From an uncultured cyanobacterium (GTDB lineage: Bacteria; Cyanobacteriota; Cyanobacteriia; Cyanobacteriales; Nostocaceae): a DNA stretch of 64,000 nucleotides. Under the pieces are notes generated by a model. That model ran no database searches. It saw only the letters and a program-made list of their open reading frames with translations, and was not told the origin of the DNA. The position numbers and the translations under genes were made by a program. Location of the stretch: contig CAVUDP010000004.1 of assembly GCA_963740315.1 (NCBI GenBank), forward strand, positions 320,001 through 384,000, written 5' to 3'. Of the stretch, positions 9,574 through 21,114 are shown in pieces. How positions within the stretch are numbered: position 1 is the stretch's first letter; each line of letters opens with the position of its first letter.

Positions 9574-11952
9574 ATGTTACCGCATGATTTTTTAACTGAT
9601 ATGGCTCGTAAGTACGAGCTTTCACCAGAACAAGAGAAAACTTTTATTGCTTTATTGGGTAGTAGAAGTACGCCGAAGCAAGTCGCAGAAAAACTATATA
9701 TCTCTGAAAGTGCGTTCAGAACTAGAATGACCAATATTTATAAAAAGTTTAGTATCAATGGCAAAGTTACAGGTAAAGAAACGAAATTGCTCAATTGGCT
9801 TACTACTGAATTTAGCAAAACAAAGAATTTAGCAACTGTGAACTCTGAGTTTACGGAAAAGCAGATAGATGATTTGGTTGAACAATTGCGATCGCAATTT
9901 TATGAAAGGATTGAACAACGCTGTGGAACTATGCGGGTACTAGATATGACACAGCCTATTAGCTTGAATAATATCTATACAGATGTCAACATTTTAGAGA
10001 AAATCACAGGGCGTAGACGGTTAGAAATAGCTAAACTACAACAAAATTTTGATCTAGAATTTCACAACTTTAACCGCTATGGATTAACTGAGGTTACACA
10101 AAAGCGAGTACCAGGCTTAGAAGCAGTAAAAAATAACTCTAAGCTAATGGTACTAGGTAAGCCCGGAGCAGGTAAAACAACATTTTTAAAATATTTAGCT
10201 ATTCAATGTATAAGAAGTGAATTGGAGGCAAATCGAGTGCCAATTTTTATAACACTTAAAGAGTTTGCTGAAACCCCTAATCACCCTAATTTTTCTGAAT
10301 TTCTTACTCAAACATTTGTTAACAATAAGATTAACTCTGCTCAAGTAGATAATTTACTAAAACAAGGTAGAATATTTTTTTGTCTTGATGGTTTAGATGA
10401 AGTCAGAGAAGAGGATATACAGCGAGTATTAAGACAAATAAAAATTTTATTTAAATATTATAAAAATCAATTTATTATCACTTGTCGTATTGCAGCTAGA
10501 GAATACACTTTTGAAGAATTTACAGAAGTAGAAGTAGCCGATTTTGATGATAAGCAGATTCGGATATTTGTAGATAAGTGGTTTAATACTAAAGAATTGG
10601 AGCTAGCTGATAAATTTATTAACCAACTTCAAAAAAATAAACAAATAAAAGAATTAGCTACAAATCCCTTACTACTGACATTACTATGCTTAGAATTTGA
10701 AGATTCAGGTGATTTTCCTGCTGAACGTGCAGAATTGTATAAAAGAGCAACCCATACATTATTAAGAAAATGGGATGCAAAACGTGGAATTGTTAGAGAA
10801 CAAGTTTATAAGAAGCTATCTGTTCAGCGCAAAGAAGATTTACTCAGTCAAGTTGCTTTTACTACATTTGAGAATAAAAATTATTTTTTCAAACAAAAAG
10901 ATATTGAAAGATATATTGCTGATTATATTCGTAATTTACCAGATGCAAAAACAGATTCAAAAGCACTAGAGCTTGATAGTGAAGCCGTTCTCAAATCAAT
11001 TGAAGCTCAACATGGGCTATTTGTAGAACGAGCAAGAGAAATTTACTCATTTTCCCATTTAACATTTCAAGAGTATTTCACCGCTAGAAAAATTGTTAAT
11101 AGCTGTAATCCATATGCAATAGATGATAAAACTTTGCTAAGTCTGGCTAGCCATATTACTGAATATAGATGGCAAGAAGTTTTTTTAATGACAGTTGAGA
11201 TGTTGCCAAGTGCAGACTGTTTATTACTATTGATGAAAAAGCAGGTTGATGAACTTTTAGCTAAGGATGATAAATTTCAACAATATTTAGTATGGCTAAA
11301 AGATAAATCTCTTTCTGTCACAGATAATTATAAACCAGGCGGTGTTCGTATTTTTTATTACTTATGTGATACAGAAGTTTGTATTCCTCAATTCAATATT
11401 GATCCATCGTTAGAACGTATTTTATGTCCAATTGATGATTCGGCAAAAGACTCTATAGCTTTTCCTACTTATACTAAGAATCTTATATTAGATTTTTGTT
11501 TAATGATGACTTTGATGAATTCATCTATAATGAATCCCACTTACAATCTTGAAAACAAAAGTGAAAGTATTAGCAAAAGTTTATATTCTTCTTTTTTATC
11601 AAGTCTTAACCGTACATTTGAGCCTAAACTAAAAAAAGCATTACAAAATATGAGCGATGATTTACCTAATCCGGAAGTGGATAAAGATAAATTTTGCATA
11701 TGGTGGAAAGTTAATGGTCAGCAGTGGACTAAACTTTTAAGAGAAATTATGATTGAACATCGCAATATTGGTTATGATTGGCAGTTCAATAAAGAACAAC
11801 AGGATTTATTACATAAATACTGTTTTGCTAATAAGGTAATAGTAGACTGCCTAAATAGTGATTCCTATATAACTCCTAAAGTCCGTTCTTATATCGAAGA
11901 AACTTTACTTCTACCCATAGCCGAAATAGAAAAGCACAAACTAAACAACTAA
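9574..11952 (+). CDS. NACHT NTPase (STAND/NLR-like) with N-terminal LuxR-like HTH
   Basis: KQVAEKLYISESAFRTRMTNIYKKF HTH; Walker A GKPGAGKTT; Walker B FCLDGLDEV; NPLLL; FSHLTFQEYF; C-terminal EHRNIGYDWQF region. Confidence 0.9.
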   Translation: MLPHDFLTDMARKYELSPEQEKTFIALLGSRSTPKQVAEKLYISESAFRTRMTNIYKKFSINGKVTGKETKLLNWLTTEFSKTKNLATVNSEFTEKQIDDLVEQLRSQFYERIEQRCGTMRVLDMTQPISLNNIYTDVNILEKITGRRRLEIAKLQQNFDLEFHNFNRYGLTEVTQKRVPGLEAVKNNSKLMVLGKPGAGKTTFLKYLAIQCIRSELEANRVPIFITLKEFAETPNHPNFSEFLTQTFVNNKINSAQVDNLLKQGRIFFCLDGLDEVREEDIQRVLRQIKILFKYYKNQFIITCRIAAREYTFEEFTEVEVADFDDKQIRIFVDKWFNTKELELADKFINQLQKNKQIKELATNPLLLTLLCLEFEDSGDFPAERAELYKRATHTLLRKWDAKRGIVREQVYKKLSVQRKEDLLSQVAFTTFENKNYFFKQKDIERYIADYIRNLPDAKTDSKALELDSEAVLKSIEAQHGLFVERAREIYSFSHLTFQEYFTARKIVNSCNPYAIDDKTLLSLASHITEYRWQEVFLMTVEMLPSADCLLLLMKKQVDELLAKDDKFQQYLVWLKDKSLSVTDNYKPGGVRIFYYLCDTEVCIPQFNIDPSLERILCPIDDSAKDSIAFPTYTKNLILDFCLMMTLMNSSIMNPTYNLENKSESISKSLYSSFLSSLNRTFEPKLKKALQNMSDDLPNPEVDKDKFCIWWKVNGQQWTKLLREIMIEHRNIGYDWQFNKEQQDLLHKYCFANKVIVDCLNSDSYITPKVRSYIEETLLLPIAEIEKHKLNN

Positions 11953-11971
11953 GTAAAATTTAAAACAAACG

Positions 11972-12319
11972 TCAACCCACAGCAAAATCACTAAACTTTC
12001 GCATAAACGGTGTATGAAATCCCAACACAATATCTTCTCTAGATACACCTTTTTCAATTAATTCAGCAGCAATATCATCTTCCGTACCGTTCCACTGAAT
12101 CCAAATCTTGCCATTTTTAATATCTAAGTGCATTACCGGACCATAAACTCTGTTACCTTTTTTATCCCATCCCACATAAATTAGCTGATAATGGTCGCGC
12201 ACTGTGTCAAAAATGGTTTGCATTTCTAATTCATTGTCGGGATTCTGCGATGTTTTACTTTCAGCATAATCTGTTAATAAACTTTGGACATATCCTCGAT
12301 ATTTGTCTAATTTTTCCAT
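11972..12319 (-). CDS. xisI: XisI-family protein
   Basis: DHYQLIYVGW...HLDIKNGKIWIQWNGTE...DIVLGF. Confidence 0.9.
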   Translation of the reverse strand: MEKLDKYRGYVQSLLTDYAESKTSQNPDNELEMQTIFDTVRDHYQLIYVGWDKKGNRVYGPVMHLDIKNGKIWIQWNGTEDDIAAELIEKGVSREDIVLGFHTPFMRKFSDFAVG

Positions 12320-12725
12320 TGCACAATCTCCTGTTTTTCTGGATTAAAAACTAGCAAATTAACGCTACTGCGTTGAATCACCGATCGAACAAAAGGCATA
12401 GTAAAAAAGTTGTCATAAGTCTTCAATGGTACAGCTAAATATAAAATTCTTTGAGCTTCAAAATCTTCCAATGCATAGCGATAATTAATGAATTATCCAA
12501 AGCCGTATGAAATTCTGAAAGATTAGAAGCACCTAAAAAGCTTTTTACTTCTACTGCAATTTTGTCTCCTTCTCTGTCTGCCACTATTAGTTTTTCTGCG
12601 GCTAAATCAATATACATATTTGTAATACGGTCAATCGGAACACGTAGTGGGTCATCTGTAATTACCCACCCATCCTTTTGCAGCGCAGTTTTGACCACAT
12701 CATGAAATTTATCTTTGGCTGACAT
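12307..12725 (-). pseudogene. xisH: XisH-family protein, frameshifted near 12497
   Basis: MSAKDKFHDVVKTALQKDGW...IAVEVKSF; after HTAL the conserved FINYRYAL...LYLAVP...EIVQWKN continues in another frame to a stop at 12307. Confidence 0.8.
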
Positions 12726-13151
12726 ACTACTCTATTAGGAGTTGATATAAATGTTCTAACTATTTTTTAATCAAAACTTAACGAATGCTCCTTAATATTT
12801 AACTAGTCATTATATATTTTAAAATTCTAAGGGTTGATTGCATAGAAATTTTCTAGGAGTTTCTAAGAGACTGTGTATTAACAATGCTCACTTCATGCAA
12901 TACCACCACGAACATTTATTTCTCTCATGGTTGCAAAATCAGAAACCACCATTTATTCCACCAAAAATATGCTTCCAGAATTAAACCCCCATCTTCACAA
13001 AACAACAAAACATTTAAAGAAAATTACTAATTGCTAACTGTTCACTGCTCACTGCTCACTGGTTAATGAAAAAACAGCCGCCTCCAAGAGACAACTGTTC
13101 ATAAAAATATGAGGTTTTATTTAACTAACTTTTCAGTAAGCTTTACTCAAC

Positions 13152-14792
<1,641 letters not shown>

Positions 14793-14894
14793 CTATTTGT
14801 ACCTTTCGCTTACTTTCTTTAAAAAATGTTGTTATTTATTGCTTATTAGTTGCCGTTGACTAGCAACTAACAACTAACGACCAACCACTAACTG

Positions 14895-15206
14895 CTAACT
14901 AACAATCGCTAGAATATCTTTCTCAGAAAGGAGTACGTACTCGTCGGTACCCAACTTGATATCGGTGCCAGCATACTTGGAGTAAAGAACTCTGTCTCCG
15001 ACCTTTACATCCATCGACTGACGACTACCGTCATCCTTGATCTTACCGTCGCCTACTGCTACTACTTCACCTACTTGGGGCTTTTCTTTTGCAGTATCGG
15101 GCAAGTACAGACCACCAGCGGTCTTTTCTTCCGATGCGTTTACTTTTACGAAAACGCGCTCGCCCAAGGGTTTTACTGTAGAAACGCTTAGAGATACAGC
15201 TGCCAT
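14895..15206 (-). CDS. groES: Co-chaperonin GroES
   Basis: [34 protein letters not shown]. Confidence 0.98.
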   Translation of the reverse strand: MAAVSLSVSTVKPLGERVFVKVNASEEKTAGGLYLPDTAKEKPQVGEVVAVGDGKIKDDGSRQSMDVKVGDRVLYSKYAGTDIKLGTDEYVLLSEKDILAIVS

Positions 15207-15222
15207 AACTTTTATTGCCTCT

Positions 15223-15249
15223 TTAGCACTCTCGACTCCTGAGTGCTAA
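15223..15249. promoter_or_regulatory. CIRCE element (HrcA operator)
   Basis: Exact TTAGCACTC-N9-GAGTGCTAA just upstream of groES. Confidence 0.96.
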
Positions 15250-15288
15250 TTTAGCGAAACTGGAGGTGCAATGGCAATATTTACCTTA

Positions 15289-15304
15289 GTACGGGTTCCC
15301 GAAC
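15289..15304 (-). promoter_or_regulatory. K-box of the groESL promoter
   Basis: Minus strand GTTCGGGAACCCGTAC matches GTTCGG-NNAN-CCNNAC. Confidence 0.8.
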
Positions 15305-16271
15305 TCAGTTAAAAGTAGATTCACTTAAGTATAAATGCTCAATTTCTCATAGAGTTTCGGGTTTCATGCAACTTCCGAAGAAGAGTTTGATATGGTCTGC
15401 CATTATTTGCCAAGCCAAGAAATTGTTATAGAACAGCAAAAAGATGCCTTTTTATGCGTGATGATGCAGTGTTTCCTTCGAGGGTTCAAGTGCCAAAAAC
15501 TACTTGTCTTGTAGCTCAAAAACCCTTAATAAACTATATAGAAAGTATAGGGTTGTCACAAATTCGACAACGTGTCTTTCTATGGGTTTTAGCTTTAATT
15601 ACTATTTGGTTGCGCTGCATTAAAGCTGATTTTAGTTTTTGAAATACTTGAAAAAGTGACTATTTAAGCTCAAAATGGACTCTGTACAAGTGGAAGATGT
15701 GACGGCAGTTTCTTTAGAACAAAAACTAACTACTTGCGGGAGCGGTTGTTTTAGACCAATAATAGGATCTTACCCCCGTATTTATTTGTGGTAGCTACTC
15801 CTTTATCCCCCAAGTAATTGAACGCGTTATTTCCGAACGCGCAATCAGCTTACAAAGACAGCAAGCTATTCGATACTTTTTTGTTCGTTCCTTACCATAA
15901 AGCTTCCCTAAATAAGAAATAAAATCTTAAAGTTAAAGGGAAGCATTCAGTCGGATACGTAAAAGCAAAATATTGAGATAGGCGCGGGTTATTTTAACAA
16001 GAGGTATGTTCGCCCAATACTCCACTTGTTAACCTTAAAGATTATTATTTCATGGAATGTTTTTAGCCCGCACCTTTCAAAGCGATATATAATAGCGCAT
16101 TATAAATACTATTGCTCTACGTATCTTTACTGTGCTTTTGAAATTGATAGTGAAATTTCAATGGAGGGGATAATCTCCTTTGAGAGTTCCACTAATATAA
16201 GGGCAAGGTAAGAGGGAAAAAGGGACAACATCTCAATCATCCACCAATTAGGATAACTATTCAAGACCTTG

Positions 16272-16949
16272 ATGGATCTACGCGCGACAAGTGCCACTGC
16301 TATGAAAGAACCCAGCATGAAAGATCATAAACGCTTACTGCTTATAGATGATGATCCCAATCTCATCTTGCTGGTAAAAGACTACTTGGAATTCCGAGGA
16401 TATGAAGTCGTTACTGCCGAAAATGGTCGGGAAGCTCTGGAAATATTAGAGCTAGACATTCCAGACATGATTATTTGCGACGTGATGATGCCGGAAATGG
16501 ACGGTTACACCTTTGTAGAGCAAGTCCGACAAACTGAACGCACCAGTTGGATACCTGTTCTCTTCCTTTCTGCAAAGGGACAAAGCGCAGACAGAGTGAA
16601 AGGTTTGAATAAAGGTGCTGATGTATATATGGTCAAGCCCTTTGAACCAGAAGAACTCGTAGCCCAAGTTGAATCCTCGCTCAAACAAACGATTCGTTGG
16701 AAGGAACATCAAGCTAAAGGAGGCGAGAACGGCTCGCGCATCCAAGTACCCTTTGATGTCCAGCTAACTCCAACAGAACTAAAAGTAGTGCAGTTTGTGG
16801 CTAGAGGTATGGCTAACAGAGAAATTGCTGAAGAATTAAACGTTTCTCAGCGTACCGTTGAAAGCCACGTTTCCAATATGTTGGGTAAAACCAACCTCCA
16901 CAATCGCACCGAATTAGCTCGTTGGGCAATTGAAAATCAAATGGCGTAA
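16272..16949 (+). CDS. NarL/LuxR-type response regulator (Rre1/OrrA/Ycf29-like)
   Basis: Receiver LLIDDD...CDVMMP...KPF plus HTH LTPTELKVVQ...NREIAEELNVSQRTVESHVSNML; resembles Synechocystis Rre1. Confidence 0.88.
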   Translation: MDLRATSATAMKEPSMKDHKRLLLIDDDPNLILLVKDYLEFRGYEVVTAENGREALEILELDIPDMIICDVMMPEMDGYTFVEQVRQTERTSWIPVLFLSAKGQSADRVKGLNKGADVYMVKPFEPEELVAQVESSLKQTIRWKEHQAKGGENGSRIQVPFDVQLTPTELKVVQFVARGMANREIAEELNVSQRTVESHVSNMLGKTNLHNRTELARWAIENQMA

Positions 16950-17183
16950 AACCCATTTTGGATTTTGCACAAAGCTAAGCCAGTCCTTTACTTGGAGTCT
17001 ATCCAACTAGAGGAACTGGCGTGGGGGTGTAGATATTCTTCCCCCCATTTCCTGGACAGTTATCAGTGAGCAGTAACCAGTGACCAGTTACCAGTTACCA
17101 TTAGTTTACTAATTGGGTATAGTTCCGGAGGGAAGACTGGGTTTAAGTCCCCCGTTCAAAGCTAATTTATAATTGATAACTGG

Positions 17184-17981
17184 TTACTGCTCGCCGATCG
17201 CCGTCTTACGTTCCACGATTTCTTTTAAAACCAGGGTTACGAAGCCCAAACAAGCAAGTAACACCGCAGCAGCAAACGCCGTTTCCGTTTCATACTGCTT
17301 ATAAGCTTGCTCCACAAACAGCGGTAAAGTTTGAGTTTTACGAATAATATTGCCAGATACGACAGATATCGCCCCAAATTCACCCATTGCTCTAGCATTC
17401 GTCAAAATTAAGCCATAAAGCAAACCCCAGCGGATATTTGGTAAAGTTACCCGCCAAAAAGTTTGCCACTGACTGGCACCCAAAGTACTTGCAGCTTCCT
17501 CTTGAGAAGAACCGATTTCCTCTAAAACCGGGATCACTTCCCGCGCCACAAAAGGCATCGTCACAAAAGCTGTTGCTAAAACCATTCCTGGAAAAGCGAA
17601 AATAACCTTAAAATTAATCGCTGCCAATATGCCGCCAAACCAACCATTCTTCCCGTAAAGCAAAATCATCATTAAACCAGCAACCACCGGCGAAACCGAA
17701 AAAGGGACATCCAAAATACTCATTACAAAAGCCCTTCCGGGGAAACGATTGCGAGCCAGAACCCACGCCGCACAAAGTCCGAAGATCGCATTTATAGGTA
17801 CCACAATCAAAGCAATAAGTAAAGTAAGTCCCACAGCGCTCACGAAATCATCAGTTGTCAAATAGCTGAAAAATGTCCCAATACCACCCTTAAAAGCTTG
17901 ATAAAACACATTTACTGCCGGGAGAAATAATACCAATCCCAAGTAAGTGATAGCACTGATGATTAAAAGTTTTTTAGCCAT
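17184..17981 (-). CDS. cysW: Sulfate ABC permease CysW
   Basis: PFVAREVIPVL, EEAASTLGAS, TNARAMGEFGA. Confidence 0.93.
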   Translation of the reverse strand: MAKKLLIISAITYLGLVLFLPAVNVFYQAFKGGIGTFFSYLTTDDFVSAVGLTLLIALIVVPINAIFGLCAAWVLARNRFPGRAFVMSILDVPFSVSPVVAGLMMILLYGKNGWFGGILAAINFKVIFAFPGMVLATAFVTMPFVAREVIPVLEEIGSSQEEAASTLGASQWQTFWRVTLPNIRWGLLYGLILTNARAMGEFGAISVVSGNIIRKTQTLPLFVEQAYKQYETETAFAAAVLLACLGFVTLVLKEIVERKTAIGEQ

Positions 17982-18019
17982 AATTAAATAGTAGTTAAAA
18001 GTTAGAAATTAACAGTCGT

Positions 18020-18141
18020 TGGTAATTGGTAATTGATAATTGGTAATTGGTAATTGGTAATTGGTAATTGATCGCTGGTAACAAGTTACTGGTAACAAGT
18101 TACTGTTCACTGTTAACTGCTCACTGTTCACTGTTCACTGT
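18020..18141. repeat. STRR heptamer arrays (GGTAATT; TTCACTG)
   Basis: Tandem heptamers directly visible between cysT and cysW. Confidence 0.85.
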
Positions 18142-18981
18142 TCACTGATACCTTTTTCCCCAAGCTTGTAATAAGTTAATTAAGAATAAAATTAACAGAG
18201 AAAATCCTAAAAGTACGGTACCAATTACCGTTGCACCGGCGTAATCATATTGTTCCAAACGTTGAAAAATTAACACCGATGCAATTAAATCTTTGAAAGG
18301 AATATTTGAAGAGACAATTACAATCGAACCGTATTCTCCTACAGCGCGAGAAAATCCTAAAGCTATTCCCGTTAACAAAGCTGGAAACAAAGGTGGAAAA
18401 ACTACCCGCCAAAAAGTTTGAAATCTTGACGCTCCTAAACTCCAAGCTGCTTCTTCTATATCATGTTCCATTTCTTGCAACACTGGCTGCAATGCTCGCA
18501 CGATAAACGGTAGCGAAATGAACAGCATCGCCACCAAAACACCAAGACGGGTAAAAGCAATTTTAATGCCAAAGGGTGCAAGTAAAGAACCAATCCAACC
18601 GTTCTCCGAGTAAACATTGGCTAATGTTAAACCTGCTACCGCCGTGGGTAAAGCAAAAGGTAGATCGATCGCCGCATCCATCAGACGCTTCAGCGGAAAG
18701 TCATATCTCACAAGCACCCAAGCAATTAATAAACCAAACCCACCATTAACCGCAGCCGCAAACAATGCCGTAGTAAAAGTGACATTGTAAGCAGAAAGTG
18801 CGATCGGGCTAGTAGCAATTCGCCAAAATTCGCTTAAACCCACCTGAGAAGCCTGCAAAAACAACGCCGTCACCGGAAGCAACAGCATAATAGTCAGATA
18901 ACCAATCGTAATTCCCCAAGGCAAAGAGAATTGAGGAATTTTCGATTTTCTATTTTGAATTCGAGATTGTGCAACAGCCAT
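18142..18981 (-). CDS. cysT: Sulfate ABC permease CysT
   Basis: DLPFALPTAVAG, EEAAWSLGAS, FSRAVGEYGS. Confidence 0.93.
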   Translation of the reverse strand: MAVAQSRIQNRKSKIPQFSLPWGITIGYLTIMLLLPVTALFLQASQVGLSEFWRIATSPIALSAYNVTFTTALFAAAVNGGFGLLIAWVLVRYDFPLKRLMDAAIDLPFALPTAVAGLTLANVYSENGWIGSLLAPFGIKIAFTRLGVLVAMLFISLPFIVRALQPVLQEMEHDIEEAAWSLGASRFQTFWRVVFPPLFPALLTGIALGFSRAVGEYGSIVIVSSNIPFKDLIASVLIFQRLEQYDYAGATVIGTVLLGFSLLILFLINLLQAWGKRYQ

Positions 18982-19186
18982 CAGTAATCAATTATCAATG
19001 AACAATTATCAATTATCAGATTGTAGGGTGTGTTACGGCACGAGATAATTTGATTAAAAAACTTTTATTTTGATACTGCCGTAACGCACCATCGTCTCTT
19101 AAAAAACCTTTCATAGGTCAGGGAATTTTTAATTCGCATTAGGTATTAATTAGGAATTAATATTTGTAACCTTTAACCTTTAACCT

Positions 19187-20269
19187 TTAACCTTTAACCT
19201 TTGACCTTTGACCTATTTTCTTCTGAATTTGGTCAAATGCAGCATTATCGGCAAAAAATTGTTTTTGAACTTTATCCCAACCGCCTAATTCTTTGACGGT
19301 AAATAAGGTTTTGACTGGGGGATATTTGGCGGCGAATTCTTGTTTTACAACTGGATTTACGGGGCGAAATCCTATTTTTGCAAATTCTCTCTGGGCTGCG
19401 GGGGTAAAAAGATATTTAACAAAGGCTTCTGCTACTTCTCTATTACCATGTTTATCTACGTTTGTATCAATTACTGCAACGGGATTTTCAATCCTAATAT
19501 TAGTTTCGGGGACAATATAATTACTGGGTTTACCTTTTAAACCAGCTAAAATCAATTCGTTTTCATAGTTAATTAAAACATCTCCTTGCCCTTGATTAAA
19601 AAATACATCGCTGGCTTCGCGGGCATCTCTTGGTAATATCGGTACCTGTTGATAAACTTTGCTGGTAAAATCTAATGCTTGGGCTTCTTTTGCGCCAGTT
19701 TCTATTTGGGAACCATATAAAGCCAGGAAATTCCACCGCGCCACACCGGAAGTTTTTGGGTTTGCGGTAATAATGCTAACGTTGTCTTTTGTTAAATCTT
19801 GCCAAGTTTTGATTTGTTTGGGATTACCTTTACGGGTTACTAAAGCGGCGACAGATTGAGTCACAATGCTATTATTGGGCGCTTCATTTTCCCATCCCGG
19901 TTGAATTAAACCAGCTTTGGCAATTTTTTGCATATCCAAAGCCAAAGCTAACTCCACCACATCAGCATCCAAACCATCAACTACAGCACGGGTTTGAGCG
20001 CCGGAAGCCCCATAGCTTTCGTAAAAACGCACGGTTTGATTGTGTTGCTGGTTCCATTCTTGCGCGAATTGCGGAATAATTTTTCTATAAGCTGGTTTGG
20101 TGACTGCATAGGAAACCAGCGTTAATTCTATGCGATCGCTATTTTGAGCATTTGACGCACTGCAAGATATCAGCGAAACGCTTAAGCTTAAACCTAATAA
20201 AAACAATAAAACAAAATTTTTGATTCCCCCTGTTTTCGTCAAGTGGGCAACGAAGCGCCACAGCCCCAT
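19187..20269 (-). CDS. sbp: Sulfate ABC substrate-binding lipoprotein
   Basis: SYGASGAQTRAV, NPKTSGVARWNFLA, GDVLINYENE; lipobox-like LISC. Confidence 0.92.
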   Translation of the reverse strand: MGLWRFVAHLTKTGGIKNFVLLFLLGLSLSVSLISCSASNAQNSDRIELTLVSYAVTKPAYRKIIPQFAQEWNQQHNQTVRFYESYGASGAQTRAVVDGLDADVVELALALDMQKIAKAGLIQPGWENEAPNNSIVTQSVAALVTRKGNPKQIKTWQDLTKDNVSIITANPKTSGVARWNFLALYGSQIETGAKEAQALDFTSKVYQQVPILPRDAREASDVFFNQGQGDVLINYENELILAGLKGKPSNYIVPETNIRIENPVAVIDTNVDKHGNREVAEAFVKYLFTPAAQREFAKIGFRPVNPVVKQEFAAKYPPVKTLFTVKELGGWDKVQKQFFADNAAFDQIQKKIGQRSKVKG

Positions 20270-20570
20270 ATCAATGTCTCCCCTGAATCTACGGTTACTC
20301 GGTCAAGATACCGTATTTTATATTTTTTATCGTACAACATTATGGGGATGGGAAAAAATTTTGTTAGATAACCAACAATTATGTAGATAACTCCTCACTG
20401 CTACTCTCCCTATCTTTACTTCATACCGTTAATTACTTTTGTAATTGGTCATAAATAGAATCATAAATTTAAAAGACATCAGGATAAATCCTCAACATTT
20501 TCGGTATTTTACAGAATTTCCAAATTATCTATTTATCATCTAATGCAATTACGTTCTTTTAAAACTACTC

Positions 20571-20993
20571 ATGGAACCTTTAACAACTGGTGCGATCGCC
20601 TTACTTCTTTTTTTAGGTGAAAAGTTGATTGATTGGGGTATCAGCAAAGCTTACGATACGGCTTTTGAGGAACTTAAGACAATATCACCAGAAACAGCCG
20701 AAAAATTGGCGTTACCTCCGAAAGAACGAGAAAATATCGGCGAAGCGGTATTGGTTGAGATGGTGGAGGATACTGCTAAAAATCAACCGGAATTACAAGA
20801 AGCATTTGAAGTATTTGGTAAAGAAGTAGAAGCAAAAGCTAATAACAATACAGAATTAGCAACGGCTTTCAATCAGTTTGCTCAGAAATTAAAAACGCAA
20901 AATCCCACAATTGTTAATGAAAATTGGCAGGGAATAAATATTAAAGGTGGAAAAAATACTGTTAGTAATAACACTTTTACCTTCGGAAAATAA
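20571..20993 (+). CDS. Small helical protein (Bell/HeLL-like candidate) with C-terminal N/G-rich motif
   Basis: Hydrophobic N-terminal helix MEPLTTGAIALLLFLGEKL, charged helical body, C-terminal NENWQGINIKGGKNTVSNNTFTF. Confidence 0.7.
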   Translation: MEPLTTGAIALLLFLGEKLIDWGISKAYDTAFEELKTISPETAEKLALPPKERENIGEAVLVEMVEDTAKNQPELQEAFEVFGKEVEAKANNNTELATAFNQFAQKLKTQNPTIVNENWQGINIKGGKNTVSNNTFTFGK

Positions 20994-21114
20994 AACGTTA
21001 ACTTGACGGCTATATTATTGACAACCGCCTTGGAATAAATTTCAAGGCAGGTTTTCAACGTTAATAACAATCGTGCAAAAAGTTAGTTAAAACCAATATC
21101 AAAATTAATTCAAA

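Noticed and set aside
15310..16260. Long groES-regulator intergenic region as an ncRNA or small-ORF locus
   Set aside because: No recognisable RNA family or convincing ORF; cannot be supported without expression data
17184..20269. Sulfate ABC operon lacking cysA
   Set aside because: An unlinked cysA is common in cyanobacteria; not unusual
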